Positions 50,534-61,166 of a stretch of DNA of 64,000 nucleotides are shown in pieces; position 1 is the first letter of the stretch, and each line of letters begins with the position of its first letter. Below the pieces are notes generated by a model. It did not search any database. It was not told the origin of the DNA and was given only the letters and a program-made list of their open reading frames with translations. The stretch comes from Thiohalospira sp. (lineage in GTDB: Bacteria; Bacteroidota; Bacteroidia; Bacteroidales; UBA12077), in the NCBI GenBank assembly GCA_046538755.1, contig JBKHIH010000005.1:3061-67060 (forward strand). Direction: 5' to 3'. The translations under genes and the position numbers were made by a program.

Positions 50534-51454
50534 ATGAAACGTAGAGATTTCATTATAAAATCAATCAATGCAGGGATTTTTACCGGAGCAGCCTTAAGTT
50601 TTGGAGGTTACGGTAAAATTTTCGCCAATACTGTAAATTCTACTCTTCCCTATGATTTGGTTGCTGTTCGTGATGGTGAGCCGGATTTAATGTTTGATAA
50701 AGCCATGAAAGCGATGGGAGGAATGCAAAATTTTGTTAAAAAAGGCCAAACGGTGGTTGTTAAACCCAATATTGGGTGGGATGTTTCGCCCGAAAGAGCT
50801 GCTAATACAAACCCGTTACTTATAAAACGTATTGTAAATCATTGTATAACTGCCGGAGCTAAAGAAGTGTATGTTTTTGACAATACCTGCGATAAGTGGT
50901 CGGCTTGTTATAAAAACAGTGGCATTGAGAAAGCAGCCAAAGATGCCGGAGCAAAAGTAGTTCCTGCTCATAGCGAAAGTTATTATCAAAGTGTTGATAT
51001 CCCTCAAGGGAAAAATCTTAAAAATGCAAAAGTACACGAGCTTATATTAAGTTCGGATGTTTTTATTAATGTTCCTGTACTGAAAAATCATGGGTCGGCA
51101 CGATTAACTATTGCCATGAAAAATCTAATGGGAATTGTTTGGGACCGCAGATACTGGCACAGAAATAATTTAAACCAGTGTATTGCCGATTTTGCTACTT
51201 ACCGAAAACCCGATTTAAATATTATTGATGCCTATAATGTAATGACCAAAAATGGGCCTCGCGGTGTTTCAACAGCCGATTTGATAAAAATGAAATATTT
51301 GATTGTTTCAAACGATATGGTTGCTGCTGATGCTGCTGCTGCAAAGGTTTTTGGAATGGAACCCGAAGATGCAAAATATATTCCCATTGCAAACGAAATG
51401 GGTGTGGGGCAAATTGATTTAACCAAACTGAATATTAACAGAATAAGAGTATAG
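50534..51454 (+). CDS. TAT-exported DUF362 domain protein
   Basis: 306 aa. Twin-arginine leader MKRRDFIIKSINAGIFTGAALSF. Core segments VVVKPNIGW, VPVLKNHGSARLTIAMKNLMG and ADAAAAKVFG match my memory of DUF362. Confidence 0.75.
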   Translation: MKRRDFIIKSINAGIFTGAALSFGGYGKIFANTVNSTLPYDLVAVRDGEPDLMFDKAMKAMGGMQNFVKKGQTVVVKPNIGWDVSPERAANTNPLLIKRIVNHCITAGAKEVYVFDNTCDKWSACYKNSGIEKAAKDAGAKVVPAHSESYYQSVDIPQGKNLKNAKVHELILSSDVFINVPVLKNHGSARLTIAMKNLMGIVWDRRYWHRNNLNQCIADFATYRKPDLNIIDAYNVMTKNGPRGVSTADLIKMKYLIVSNDMVAADAAAAKVFGMEPEDAKYIPIANEMGVGQIDLTKLNINRIRV

Positions 51455-51457
51455 TAT

Positions 51458-53023
51458 ATGAAACTTGCAACATTAAAAAAATTGAGGGTTGTTTTTTCAA
51501 TCCTCTATTTTTTACTACTATTTATTTTGCTTGTTGATTTTATAACACTAATTCCTGAAAATATATACGATTCATTACTCTTTTTACAATTTATTCCTTC
51601 GTTATTAACTTTTATAACCCTGTTTACAATTGCAGGTATTGGATTTATAGTTATTATAGCATTAAATATCTTTTTTGGCAGAGTATATTGTTCCTTTTTA
51701 TGTCCGTTGGGGATTTTACAGGATATATTTAGTTTTATTTCAAAAAAAGTAAGGCGTTTAAAAAGATATCAGTATGCTTATATAAAGCCATATAGCTGGA
51801 TTAGATACTCTTTTTTAGGCATAGCAATGATTGGATTTTTTTCAGGGTTAACGATTATTATTTCTTTTCTAGATCCTTATAGTATATTTGGGCGTATCTC
51901 ATCTGGGCTTATAAGGCCATTAGTTGTTAAAGGAAATAATCTGCTAGCTTCTGTTTTTCAAAAATTTGATATTTATACTTTTTATGTTGTTGATTTAAAA
52001 CCCCAACACTGGCAGGTAATTATTGTATCTGTTTTTTTCCTTTTATTAATCTTATCTTTTTCTGTTTTTAAAGGGCGATTGTATTGTAACACTGTTTGTC
52101 CTGTTGGCACCTTACTGGGTTTATTCTCAAGGTTTTCTGTATTTAAAATTAGCATTAATAAAGACACTTGCACCAGTTGTAAATTATGCGAAAAAGTGTG
52201 TAAAGCAGGCTGTATAAATATTCCGGAACAAAAGGTTGAATTTGACAGATGTATTAATTGTTATAATTGTCTTACGGTTTGCCCTGTTAATAGTGTTCAG
52301 TATTCAACCAAAAAAAGAATTTCAAAAGCAAATCAATCGAACCCAACAGATGAAACTCATAATAACCGTCGGCAGTTTTTTGCCTTATTAGCATTGATCT
52401 TTGCTGCCGGAAAATCCCGATCTCAGGATATTGAAGTTTATGATACAGCTACTTTTCCGGCTAAAAGAAAAGTTGCTGTTTCTCCACCTGGTTCTATTTC
52501 AATCGAACAATTTAATAATTCGTGTACAGCCTGCCATTTGTGTGTTAGTGCTTGCCCTACACACGTTTTGCAACCGGCTTATACCGATTATGGGTTAATC
52601 GGGTTTATGCAACCTGTACTGGATAATCATGCAGGGTTTTGTAATTTCGATTGTATAAAATGTGGAGAGGTATGCCCTACAGGTGCCATTCAGTTATTGG
52701 ATTTGGCAAATAAACACCTAACACAAATTGGAATTGCACAATTTGTTAAACAGAATTGTATTGTAGAAACCGAAGGGACAGATTGCGGAGCCTGTGCCGA
52801 ACATTGTCCTACAAAAGCTGTTCGAATGGTTCCTTATCATAGCAATCTCGTTATTCCTGAAGTTACCGATGATATTTGTATTGGCTGTGGAGCCTGCGAA
52901 TATGCCTGCCCAACAACTCCTTATAAAGCAATTTATGTAGAAGGCAATGATATTCATCAATGGGCACAAAAACCCGAAGAAGAGAAACAAGAACAGGAAG
53001 TAGATGATGATTTCCCATTCTGA
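51458..53023 (+). CDS. Membrane-bound polyferredoxin, NapH/NosR-like (2 x CX3CP + six CxxCxxCxxxC(P)-type motifs)
   Basis: 521 aa. TM helices carry CSFLCPLG and CNTVCPVG. First dicluster: CTSCKLCEKVC + CINCYNCLTVCP. Then an extra hydrophobic segment RRQFFALLALIFAAG. Then CTACHLCVSACP, CIKCGEVCP, CGACAEHCP, CIGCGACEYACP. It starts 3 nt after the DUF362 gene. Confidence 0.85.
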   Translation: MKLATLKKLRVVFSILYFLLLFILLVDFITLIPENIYDSLLFLQFIPSLLTFITLFTIAGIGFIVIIALNIFFGRVYCSFLCPLGILQDIFSFISKKVRRLKRYQYAYIKPYSWIRYSFLGIAMIGFFSGLTIIISFLDPYSIFGRISSGLIRPLVVKGNNLLASVFQKFDIYTFYVVDLKPQHWQVIIVSVFFLLLILSFSVFKGRLYCNTVCPVGTLLGLFSRFSVFKISINKDTCTSCKLCEKVCKAGCINIPEQKVEFDRCINCYNCLTVCPVNSVQYSTKKRISKANQSNPTDETHNNRRQFFALLALIFAAGKSRSQDIEVYDTATFPAKRKVAVSPPGSISIEQFNNSCTACHLCVSACPTHVLQPAYTDYGLIGFMQPVLDNHAGFCNFDCIKCGEVCPTGAIQLLDLANKHLTQIGIAQFVKQNCIVETEGTDCGACAEHCPTKAVRMVPYHSNLVIPEVTDDICIGCGACEYACPTTPYKAIYVEGNDIHQWAQKPEEEKQEQEVDDDFPF

Positions 53024-53024
53024 T

Positions 53025-56000
53025 TTAGATCATATATTTATTAATAATTGAAAGTATCTTTTCCTGAGCAACGGGTTTGGAAATAAAATCTGTTGCTCCT
53101 GCATCAAAGCTTAAATTTCTGTCTTCGGGCATCGAAAAAGCTGTTTGAACAATAATGGGGACATTGTTTCTTTCTTTACGTATTTTCTTAATAGCTTCTA
53201 TGCCATCCATCTCAGGCATCTTTATATCCATCAATATTAAATCTATATTTTGTTTACCTTGGCAAATATCAATTACTTGTTTTCCGTTTTTTGCCCAAAG
53301 AATTTCACTTTGGGTTTTGCGCATAACCATTTCCAAAAACTTATAATTACTTTCCTCGTCTTCGGCAATTAAAATGGTTTTGTCTTTCCAGTTGTATTTT
53401 TGTTTTGGCTTTTGTTCTGAAATATTTGGTTTTAATTTAGTTGTTACCTCTTTAAATGGTATGCTAAAGAAAAATGTAGACCCTTTATTTAATTCAGAAT
53501 CAACCCAAATTTTACCACCCATCATTTCAACAAGGTTTTTAGATATGGCTAAACCTAATCCGGCACCTCTATATATCTTTTTTTTGTTGTGTTCAATTTT
53601 TGTAAATCTTGAGAAAATTGCATTTTGTTGTTCGTTGGTTAAACCTATTCCTGTATCTTTTACATAAAAGATAAGTTTGTTTTCGTTTTCTAGTTTATCA
53701 GTTAAATATCCAAATTCTACAATTCCTTTTTCGGTAAATTTTATAGCATTGTCAAGTATGTTGTTAAATACTTGTTGAAGTCGATAATAGTCGGCTTTAA
53801 TTTTTAAGGGTGTATTTAGTACTTTTTCATCAATTTTAATTTTGATATTTTTATTATGCTCGTACCTGATTTGAAAATCTTCAAATAAATCCCTCATTAA
53901 ATTATTTACAAAGCACTCTTTCTTTAGTATTTTTAACTGTCCGGCTTCTATTTTAGCAATGTCAATAATATCATCAATTAAGTTTAAGAGCGAATGGCTA
54001 TTTTTAATGATTAGATCTATTAATTCAGTTTTTTGGTTAGTACTGATATCAGAATCGCTTAATAAGTTTGTAAAACCAATAATTGCATTCATCGGAGTAC
54101 GAATTTCATGCGACATATTGGCTAAAAATGCTGATTTAAGTTTGTCGGCCTCTTCGGCTCTGTTTTTTGCTATTTCCAGGTCTTTTGTTCTTTCATTAAC
54201 TAGTTTCTCCAAATGGTTCTGATGTTCTTCGAGTTTTTGATTTATTTTTTCAAGGTTTTCTGCCTGTGTTTGCAGTTCTTCTTTCTGAAGGTTAATTTCA
54301 CGCGTTCTTTCTTCAACTTTTCTTTCAAGGATTTTTTTATCAATTCTAAGTTTTCGCGTTCTAAAACGTACATAAGCAAAAATGATTAAAAGGATAAATA
54401 CTGTTTCAAGTATATAAAACCATGGTTTTTGATAAAATGGAGGAAGGATTTTTATTTTTATTTCAGTAGGTGTTTCATTCCATATTTGATCATTATTACT
54501 GCCTTTTACCTTAAAAATATACGACCCCGGGTCAAGGTTAGTATAAGTTGCAGTTCTTTGATTGGTAGCATCAATCCAATCCTGGTCAAAACCTTCGAGC
54601 ATGTATTGGTAGTGGTTTTTCGTTGGGGTAGTATAATCTAAGGCTGCAAATTCAATGGTAAAAAAGTAATCTTTAGGATTGAGAACAATTTCATTCCCTT
54701 CATGAATAATTTTAGTGAATGGGGTTAAATTGTTTTTCCATTCAGATTCGTTTAAAACTTTAAAATCTGTAATAACCACATTTGGGTGAAAAGGATTATT
54801 CCCTACTTCTAAAGGATTAAAATAACTAAGTGCCGCATTACTTCCAAAGTACAATAAACTGTTGGGTGTTTTTAAACAGGCATTCCTGTTGAAACCACTA
54901 CTTTCAAGCCCATCAGTAAAAGTATAATTGTTTATATTATTATTCCACGGTGAATATTTAGCTAATGATCTCGAAGTGGCAATCCATAAATTACCCATAT
55001 CATCTTCAAGCAAACCCATAATCATATTGCTCTGTATCGCCTGATTTTTAGGGTGCGGAGTAAAATTCATTTTTTCATAATCGAAGTGTAATAATCCATT
55101 CGATTCAGTTCCAACCCATAATTTGTTATTTTTATCTTCGTAAATTGATATTACATGAATTGGCCTTTTAAATTCAGATGAATCGAGTTTGGCAGGATCG
55201 TAGTTTATAAAATCTTCTTGATCTGGCAAAAAACGAAATAACCCGCCTACATACGATCCTACCCAAAAACGCTGTTTACTGTCGATGTAAATAGTGCTAA
55301 TATAATTATCGATAAAAATAAGTGAATCGTTTTTATTTTGTTTAAAAACTTTAAAATAATAATTATCAGGATTTCCTTCTTTTATAAGTTTATTAAGGCC
55401 GTCTGATGTTCCCATCCAAATGTTTCCTTTGTTATCTTCTAGAATGCTGTTTATTTGGTTACTGCTTATACTGTTGGGTTTATTAGAATGTAAATATCGA
55501 GTAATTTGATATTTACCGTTTTTATACTCAATACGGTTTAAGCCTCCCAGATATGTTCCAGCCCAAATAACTCCTTGCCTGTCTACTTTTACTGACCAAA
55601 CCCTGTCAGCACTTATTGTGTTTGAATTATTAGGATTGTGTTTAAAATATTTAAAAGTGTGATTTTGCGGGTTAAATCTGGTAAGTCCACCTCCATCTGT
55701 CCCGATCCATAAGTTGCCTTCGCTGTCACAATCAATAGCCATTATGCTTGTATTTGGTAAAGATTTTTTATTAAATGGGTCGTGTTTGTAATTTTTAAAT
55801 TTTTTAGGCTTTAGGTCTAGCTTATTTATTCCTCCACCACGTGTGCCAATCCAAAGAACTTTCGATTTGTCTTCAAAAATATATTCAATCCGGTTACTGC
55901 TAATACTTTCCGAATAATTTGGATTGTGCGTGAAATGTTCAAATGTTCCTTTTTCCGGGTTAAATAGATTTAATCCACCTTCGTAAGTTCCAACCCAGAA

Positions 56001-56888
56001 TTGCTCGTATGAATCAATAAATAGAAATTCTACTTTATTGTCGTTAATTGATGTTGGGTTATTTGGATCATGCATATAATGAGTAAATTCTTCAGTTTTT
56101 GGATTAAATTTATTTAATCCTCCATTACGGGTAGCAATCCATATGATATCATTTTTATCGGCTAAAATATATTGAATGCTATTAGCGCTTAAACTATTTT
56201 TGTTATTTTTATTGTGATAATAATGTTTGAATTTTCCTGTTTTGCGGTTAAACCGGTTTAATCCATTTCCTGTTCCAATCCAAAGCATACCGTCGCTGGT
56301 TTCGCAAATGCATTTAGCTCTAACATGGCTAAGTGTGGTAGAGTCGTTTGGATTATGTTGATATCTTGTAAAAGTTTCACCGTCTTTATTAAGCTTATTT
56401 AAGCCACCGCTTGATGTCCCTACCCATAAATCTTCGAAACTATCCTTAAAAAAGAAAGTGATTTGGTTGTTGCTTAAACTGTTTGGATCGTTAATTTTAT
56501 TCGAAAGGTTAGAAAATTTATTAGTTTTCGGATCATATTTATCTATTCCTCCCCCAAAAGTACCAAACCAAAAAATTCCTGATGAGTCCTGGTATATTTT
56601 TCCAAAATTCCCGGTTGATAGAGAGTTAGGATTATCTGGTTCGTGGCGGTAAATAGTAAAATTATAACCGTCGTATTTATTTAACCCGTCTTGAGTGCCA
56701 AACCACAAAAAACCTAATTGGTCTTGATAAATAGTATAAACATTATTATGAGACAATCCGTTTTTAACGGTTAGTTTTTCAAATGTATACTCACTGTTTT
56801 GTGAAAAACTATTTTTTGTTATTAAGCTAAGAAATAAGATTATACCATAAAATGTTATTTTTTTTGTTACATTAAAGTTTGGGTTCAT
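53025..56888 (-). CDS. Giant hybrid sensor kinase/response regulator with periplasmic two-component-regulator-propeller + Y_Y_Y domains
   Basis: 1287 aa. Signal/TM, ~14 repeats of the W-I/V-G-T-x-x-G-L-N/x type, Y_Y_Y-like region (YQYMLEGFDQDW), TM, coiled coil, H-box [19 protein letters not shown], HATPase, REC. It ends right after REC with no AraC HTH. Confidence 0.9.
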   Translation of the reverse strand: MNPNFNVTKKITFYGIILFLSLITKNSFSQNSEYTFEKLTVKNGLSHNNVYTIYQDQLGFLWFGTQDGLNKYDGYNFTIYRHEPDNPNSLSTGNFGKIYQDSSGIFWFGTFGGGIDKYDPKTNKFSNLSNKINDPNSLSNNQITFFFKDSFEDLWVGTSSGGLNKLNKDGETFTRYQHNPNDSTTLSHVRAKCICETSDGMLWIGTGNGLNRFNRKTGKFKHYYHNKNNKNSLSANSIQYILADKNDIIWIATRNGGLNKFNPKTEEFTHYMHDPNNPTSINDNKVEFLFIDSYEQFWVGTYEGGLNLFNPEKGTFEHFTHNPNYSESISSNRIEYIFEDKSKVLWIGTRGGGINKLDLKPKKFKNYKHDPFNKKSLPNTSIMAIDCDSEGNLWIGTDGGGLTRFNPQNHTFKYFKHNPNNSNTISADRVWSVKVDRQGVIWAGTYLGGLNRIEYKNGKYQITRYLHSNKPNSISSNQINSILEDNKGNIWMGTSDGLNKLIKEGNPDNYYFKVFKQNKNDSLIFIDNYISTIYIDSKQRFWVGSYVGGLFRFLPDQEDFINYDPAKLDSSEFKRPIHVISIYEDKNNKLWVGTESNGLLHFDYEKMNFTPHPKNQAIQSNMIMGLLEDDMGNLWIATSRSLAKYSPWNNNINNYTFTDGLESSGFNRNACLKTPNSLLYFGSNAALSYFNPLEVGNNPFHPNVVITDFKVLNESEWKNNLTPFTKIIHEGNEIVLNPKDYFFTIEFAALDYTTPTKNHYQYMLEGFDQDWIDATNQRTATYTNLDPGSYIFKVKGSNNDQIWNETPTEIKIKILPPFYQKPWFYILETVFILLIIFAYVRFRTRKLRIDKKILERKVEERTREINLQKEELQTQAENLEKINQKLEEHQNHLEKLVNERTKDLEIAKNRAEEADKLKSAFLANMSHEIRTPMNAIIGFTNLLSDSDISTNQKTELIDLIIKNSHSLLNLIDDIIDIAKIEAGQLKILKKECFVNNLMRDLFEDFQIRYEHNKNIKIKIDEKVLNTPLKIKADYYRLQQVFNNILDNAIKFTEKGIVEFGYLTDKLENENKLIFYVKDTGIGLTNEQQNAIFSRFTKIEHNKKKIYRGAGLGLAISKNLVEMMGGKIWVDSELNKGSTFFFSIPFKEVTTKLKPNISEQKPKQKYNWKDKTILIAEDEESNYKFLEMVMRKTQSEILWAKNGKQVIDICQGKQNIDLILMDIKMPEMDGIEAIKKIRKERNNVPIIVQTAFSMPEDRNLSFDAGATDFISKPVAQEKILSIINKYMI

Positions 56889-56917
56889 GGTTTAGGTTTA
56901 AATGATTTCTTTATAAG

Positions 56918-59900
56918 TTAATCATTAATTAAAAAAGTTGACAATGTGCTTAACAATTTTTTTGCTTTTACAGGTTTTGATAAATAGGCGTTGCATCCGG
57001 CCTCCAGGCTTAATCGTTCATCATTTTCCATGGCAAATGCTGTTTGTGCAATAATAGGTATTTCGGGATATATTTTTTTTATTTCACGGGTAGCTTCCAG
57101 CCCATCCATATTAGGCATTTTAATATCCATTAATATTAAATCGGGTTCGTATTTTTTACACTTTTCTATGGCTTCAATACCATCTTTTGCCCAAATAACA
57201 TCCGATTTGGTCTTATTTAATACCATTTCCAGGTAACGATAATTACTATCCTCGTCTTCGGCTATTAGTATTTTTTTGGTACTCCAGTTGTAGTTGGTAG
57301 ATTTTATTGCTGTTTGTTTTGATGTCATATCATTATTTTTTTCTTGTGTATTTATAAATGGTATTGTAAAGTAAAATTCAGAAAATCCTTTTTTATTATC
57401 AGCGGGATTTTCTTTTTGAGATTTTACAGATATATTTCCACCCAATAGTTCGATTAAACTTTTACTAATGGCTAAACCTAATCCTGCCCCTCTGTAAAGC
57501 TTCTTTTTGTCGTGTTCGGCTTTATTAAAACGTTCGAAAATAACTTTTTGTTGATCCTTATCCATTCCTATACCGGTATCTTTTACGAAAAAACGGATAA
57601 AGGGGTTCTCATTTGTTTTAAATAATTCATATCCAATTTCAATAGTTCCCTTTTCAGTAAATTTAAAAGCATTTTGTAACAAATTAGATAAAACCTGTTG
57701 CATGCGAAATGGGTCTGTAAAAAGGGTTATTCCTTTTAAACTTTTATCAATGTTTAACTTAAATTGAATATAGTTATTTACATCTATAGTTTTCTTTCTT
57801 TCGTTAAAAGTGTTATAAACATCTTGAACAATATTGTATATATGACAATTTTTTTTATTTATATCTACCTGGTTGGCTTCAATTTTAGCTAAGTCAATAA
57901 TATCATCAATTAAATGCAACAAAGTGTCGCTATTTGCATTGATATGAGTTATTAATTCTTTCTTTTGTTCTTCAGATAGATCAGGATCGTTAAGTAAATC
58001 GGTGAAACCTACGATGGCGTTCATGGGAGTTCTTATTTCGTGCGACATATTTGCCAGGAAAGCTGATTTTAACCTGTCACTTTCTTCGGCACGTTCTTTT
58101 GCTTTTTCCAGGTCTGCAGTTCTTTCTTTAACAAGCTCTTGTAGATGATGCCGGTGTTTTTCGAGTTCTTCGTTTTGTACCAGCATCTCTTCATTTTGCG
58201 AAAGAATTTCTTCATTTTTTTGCATAATTTCGCTTTCGGCTTTTTTCAAGGCTGTTATGTCTGTATCAATAGCAACCAGTTTTTCTATACTTCCATTTTC
58301 ATCAATAATAGGTGTTAAAGTAGTTTGTATCCAGACAGGCTCGTTATCTTTAGTTTTAAGGTGGGTTTCATAAATTACACTCGAACGGCATTGGAAACAT
58401 TGTTCAACATAGCTTTTTATTCTTTTGTTGCTACTTGCATTAAAAATATTATTCCCTTTTTCTTTAATAAACTCATCAAATGAATAGCCGTAAATTTTGC
58501 TAAATGCATCATTAAACCATTCTATTGTTCCATCATAACTAAAAATTATGACTGCATTACTTGTTTTACTGGCAACGATCGATAATTTTTTTAACTGGTT
58601 ATTTATTTTTTCAATATTTTCTTTTTGTCTGATAATTTCTTTTGTTCGTTCTTTTACGAGTTTCTCCAGATTATCTTTTTCCTTTTGCAATCGCTGGGTA
58701 TAATATCTTACAATAAATACTATTATAACTATTGTAATGATACCATAGATAATTAAGGCAATAATTGTACTATACCAGGGAGTTAATATATGAAAATGAA
58801 TTTCGGCAATTTCACTTTCTATTTCATAGATATTTCTGGCTTTAACTTTAAAAACATATTTACCGTGAGTTAAATTTGTATATTCTTTCTCAGTTTTTGT
58901 CGACCACTTGGACCATCCTTTTTCGGGCGATTTAAAACCATCCAGGTAATAACTAAATTCGGTTTTTTCAGGATCTTCAAAGTAAAGAGCTGAAAAAATA
59001 AAGTTTATGTTGTTCAATTTATATGGAAACTTAATTTCTGCTATGGAGTCGTTCCCTTCATAAAAAAGTGAATCGTTGGCAGTTATTTTTCTTATAACTG
59101 CTTTGTAAGGCTGGTTGTAATAAATTTTCTTTTTAGGATTGAATTGAATGACTCCTTCTTTGCACGAATACAATATTCTGTTGCTGTCGATAATCGAAAT
59201 ATGTTCTATAAATAATCCTTTAAGCTTTAAAAATGCAGTTCTGTCAATTTTATAAGCCCCGTCTATTTGTTTTATTAAAACGCCCTTTTCATCTCCCTGC
59301 TGATAATAAATATTTCCATTATCATCCTGTACAAATTCATCGATAAATCCTTTGTCAGGCAAAAACGAAAATTCCGGATGTGGCTCGAAATGTTCTGTAT
59401 TATTGTTGTATTGATATATTCCTTTTTCGGTTCCAAAAATAATTTCCGATTCGAGATTTTTATTTTTAATTTTAAAAACGTAGTTATGAGTATTGGATGG
59501 CAACCCATAACTTGTGTCATAATATTCAGTTTTAAAAACAGTATCAAGTTGTGGTGATATTGTGAGTTTAAAAATTCCTTTGTTTGCATGACTTATCCAT
59601 ATTGTATTGCCATTCTCAATTTGAATATATCTTGATGATTCGCTAAAACCTTTTATTTTATGAGCAAGCCGCCATTCATTATTTTTAAATTTTAAAATAT
59701 ATAAACCATTATTAGTTGCTGCAAGTATATATGGTTTGTTTTGTATTTTTTTCAACGACCATACTGTACCAATGTTTGGAGAAATATTTACAGCCTGTTT
59801 CTTATTAATTAAGAATATGCCATCTGAATGGCCTAAAAATAAATTTTGGTCAATTTTTGTTATATACCAGCTTTGCCCCTTCGTATTATCAATTAATTTG

Positions 59901-61021
59901 AATTGATTTGGGTATTCTTCATAAAATAAACCGGAAGAAGTTCCGACATAAATTTTATTGTTAAATTTTTTAGCCATATAGGCTGTTCCTTCTAAACCAT
60001 TTTTTTTATTAAAAAATAAAAATGGCGAATTTTTGATGATATATGATATTCCATTATTTAATCCTGCCCATAAATTACTTTGATTGTCAACAAACAGGCT
60101 TAATACGTCTGAGCTATTTAATCCGGAAGCTTTATCAATTTGTTGAATAATTTCTCCTTTATCATTAAATATTAATATTCCATTTTGCAAGGTTCCAATA
60201 ATAAATTCGTTATCATTTCTTTTTTCACCGCAATAAGGCTGATTTTCTATTAAAAAATGGTTTATATGATCAAAGTTGTCTGGTTTTATAAAACGGTTGG
60301 TTTCAGATTTTGGAGAATAAATATATATTCCGTGATTCCTTGTTACAATTAGAATTTTATTTTCTTTATAGGGTAACATTGCATAAATTCGTTTATTGGC
60401 AAAAATGTTACTTTGTCTAATAAACTCGAGAGAATCACCAATAAGTGTAAACAATCCTTTATTCCATTCGCGGACATAAAATTTATTATCAATGTTAAAT
60501 GAAGTATGAAACCTGTCGGTTGGGAGTATAGTTTTTATAGTATCGTTTTGGTATAAATAAATAGAAGAAGGTGTTCTGAAAATAACTTTTTGGTCAATTA
60601 CACTAATATGCCACACATCTTCAAAACTTTTATACTTATCAGGGATTTTATCGACAAGTGAAACAAAGTGTTTTCTTCCGGCACTATCTGTTTGCAGGTA
60701 TCCAAAGTCGCCAACTGCTCCAACATAAATACGCCCACTGTAATGGTCGAGTGCAAATGAGCGGATCGTTGATTTATTGGGAACTTCGATTAACCGCCAG
60801 GTATTGCCGTCAAATTCTAGCACCCCATTGTTATTTGCAAAATACATTAATCCCTTTGGATCTTGTATAATCGACCAAATTTGATCTTCAGGAGTATTAT
60901 AATTTTCACTGGTATAGTTTTGAATATAAGGCGTACCCGCCATTGCATTATTTTGTGCAAAAATATTGAATGACAGGATACAGAAACACAAGGTTATAAT
61001 CAGAGTGTTTAAAGAGTTCAT
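56918..61021 (-). CDS. Giant hybrid sensor kinase/response regulator (propeller + Y_Y_Y + PAS + HisKA/HATPase + REC)
   Basis: 1367 aa. Same layout as its neighbour plus a PAS-like segment (SNAVIIFSYDGTIEWFNDAFSKIYGYS). H-box [19 protein letters not shown]. Ends after REC with no DNA-binding domain. Confidence 0.9.
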   Translation of the reverse strand: MNSLNTLIITLCFCILSFNIFAQNNAMAGTPYIQNYTSENYNTPEDQIWSIIQDPKGLMYFANNNGVLEFDGNTWRLIEVPNKSTIRSFALDHYSGRIYVGAVGDFGYLQTDSAGRKHFVSLVDKIPDKYKSFEDVWHISVIDQKVIFRTPSSIYLYQNDTIKTILPTDRFHTSFNIDNKFYVREWNKGLFTLIGDSLEFIRQSNIFANKRIYAMLPYKENKILIVTRNHGIYIYSPKSETNRFIKPDNFDHINHFLIENQPYCGEKRNDNEFIIGTLQNGILIFNDKGEIIQQIDKASGLNSSDVLSLFVDNQSNLWAGLNNGISYIIKNSPFLFFNKKNGLEGTAYMAKKFNNKIYVGTSSGLFYEEYPNQFKLIDNTKGQSWYITKIDQNLFLGHSDGIFLINKKQAVNISPNIGTVWSLKKIQNKPYILAATNNGLYILKFKNNEWRLAHKIKGFSESSRYIQIENGNTIWISHANKGIFKLTISPQLDTVFKTEYYDTSYGLPSNTHNYVFKIKNKNLESEIIFGTEKGIYQYNNNTEHFEPHPEFSFLPDKGFIDEFVQDDNGNIYYQQGDEKGVLIKQIDGAYKIDRTAFLKLKGLFIEHISIIDSNRILYSCKEGVIQFNPKKKIYYNQPYKAVIRKITANDSLFYEGNDSIAEIKFPYKLNNINFIFSALYFEDPEKTEFSYYLDGFKSPEKGWSKWSTKTEKEYTNLTHGKYVFKVKARNIYEIESEIAEIHFHILTPWYSTIIALIIYGIITIVIIVFIVRYYTQRLQKEKDNLEKLVKERTKEIIRQKENIEKINNQLKKLSIVASKTSNAVIIFSYDGTIEWFNDAFSKIYGYSFDEFIKEKGNNIFNASSNKRIKSYVEQCFQCRSSVIYETHLKTKDNEPVWIQTTLTPIIDENGSIEKLVAIDTDITALKKAESEIMQKNEEILSQNEEMLVQNEELEKHRHHLQELVKERTADLEKAKERAEESDRLKSAFLANMSHEIRTPMNAIVGFTDLLNDPDLSEEQKKELITHINANSDTLLHLIDDIIDLAKIEANQVDINKKNCHIYNIVQDVYNTFNERKKTIDVNNYIQFKLNIDKSLKGITLFTDPFRMQQVLSNLLQNAFKFTEKGTIEIGYELFKTNENPFIRFFVKDTGIGMDKDQQKVIFERFNKAEHDKKKLYRGAGLGLAISKSLIELLGGNISVKSQKENPADNKKGFSEFYFTIPFINTQEKNNDMTSKQTAIKSTNYNWSTKKILIAEDEDSNYRYLEMVLNKTKSDVIWAKDGIEAIEKCKKYEPDLILMDIKMPNMDGLEATREIKKIYPEIPIIAQTAFAMENDERLSLEAGCNAYLSKPVKAKKLLSTLSTFLIND

Positions 61022-61166
61022 CTTTATTGTTTAGGTTACTGTATCTAAAACATCGATAAAGTATAGAAAAAAAAGCAATTAAACAAATATGATTTTATTA
61101 TTTTTGACGGATAAATATTTTGAGTTTATAAACTAATCAAATATGGATGTGAGAATATTTTCCCCA

